Source: Chara braunii (taxonomy: Eukaryota > Plantae > Charophyceae). Taken from it: DNA of 64,000 bases. This document shows, one piece after another, positions 63,607-64,000 of this stretch (its first letter is position 1; every line of letters starts with the position of its first letter). The translations under genes were made by a program, and so were the position numbers. The notes beneath the pieces were generated by a model. That model had not been told where the DNA came from, ran no database searches, and saw nothing but the letters and a program-made list of their open reading frames with translations. The stretch is taken from NCBI GenBank assembly GCA_003427395.1, contig BFEA01000015.1:5142665-5206664 (forward strand). The letters run 5' to 3'.

Positions 63607-63837
63607 CAGAGCGGATTTGACCGGAAATAACCGGAAAAAGCAAAAGAACTGGAGGGCAGGAAAAAAAATGATGGCAGAATATTGTTGCTCCCTGCTGTAC
63701 ACTGTAGGCCCAAAGAGTTTCGGCTTGGTGCTCTAAGCTTTGAAGAATCACCAAGGCTCGGTCACTTCGCTTTGAGAGCAGTGGTAGTTTAATAGCAATA
63801 ATCAAATGCCAAAAAAGTTCAAATGTGTACATGTAAA

Positions 63838-64000
63838 TGCACGGAATATGAGCGAGAGCGATAGACAGAAAACCAAATTGCAATATCACGCTGTAGCCCA
63901 GAAAGTCATGTACCAAGCAGGAGAGCACAATACACATACCAGCCAAAGAAGAGCAATACAATGAACTCAGATCATGTAGTATTTCACCACGCTGACACTT
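63838..64000 (-). repeat. End of another, more diverged LTR of the same family (continues beyond window)
   Basis: TGCACGGAATATGAGCGAGAGCGATAGACAGAAAACCA..AGTCATGTACCAAGCAG aligns with 55015-55090. Confidence 0.75.

Overview
Repeat-dense, non-genic eukaryotic DNA with four assembly gaps. The Harbinger-associated ORF, chromoviral remnants and (CTT)n/(GA)n/(GT)n density suggest a streptophyte alga such as Chara (inference only). I find no intact host protein-coding gene. Nearly everything is nested transposable-element debris: a degraded PIF/Harbinger element (1-4051), an L1/Tx1-type LINE (about 23950-27604) and five Ty3/gypsy copies. One gypsy copy is structurally complete (55015-63606: two LTRs, PBS, PPT, 4-bp TSD CAGA) and has a solo LTR at 22498-23553. 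Nested insertions with verifiable ends are a TA-flanked Tc1/mariner-type MITE (12423-12927), a hAT element with an 8-bp TSD (41077-42261) and a non-autonomous Helitron that splits an RT motif at an A|T site (42736-45764). Pol III-type sequences are divergent, mutated U6 snRNA copies (5714-5880 minus, 7453-7553 plus) and three different tRNA-headed repeats. The most novel-looking item is a small repeat-spacer-repeat element whose direct repeats begin with a tRNA-like Pol III promoter (17647-18283). I cannot support a claim of a new multi-gene system.
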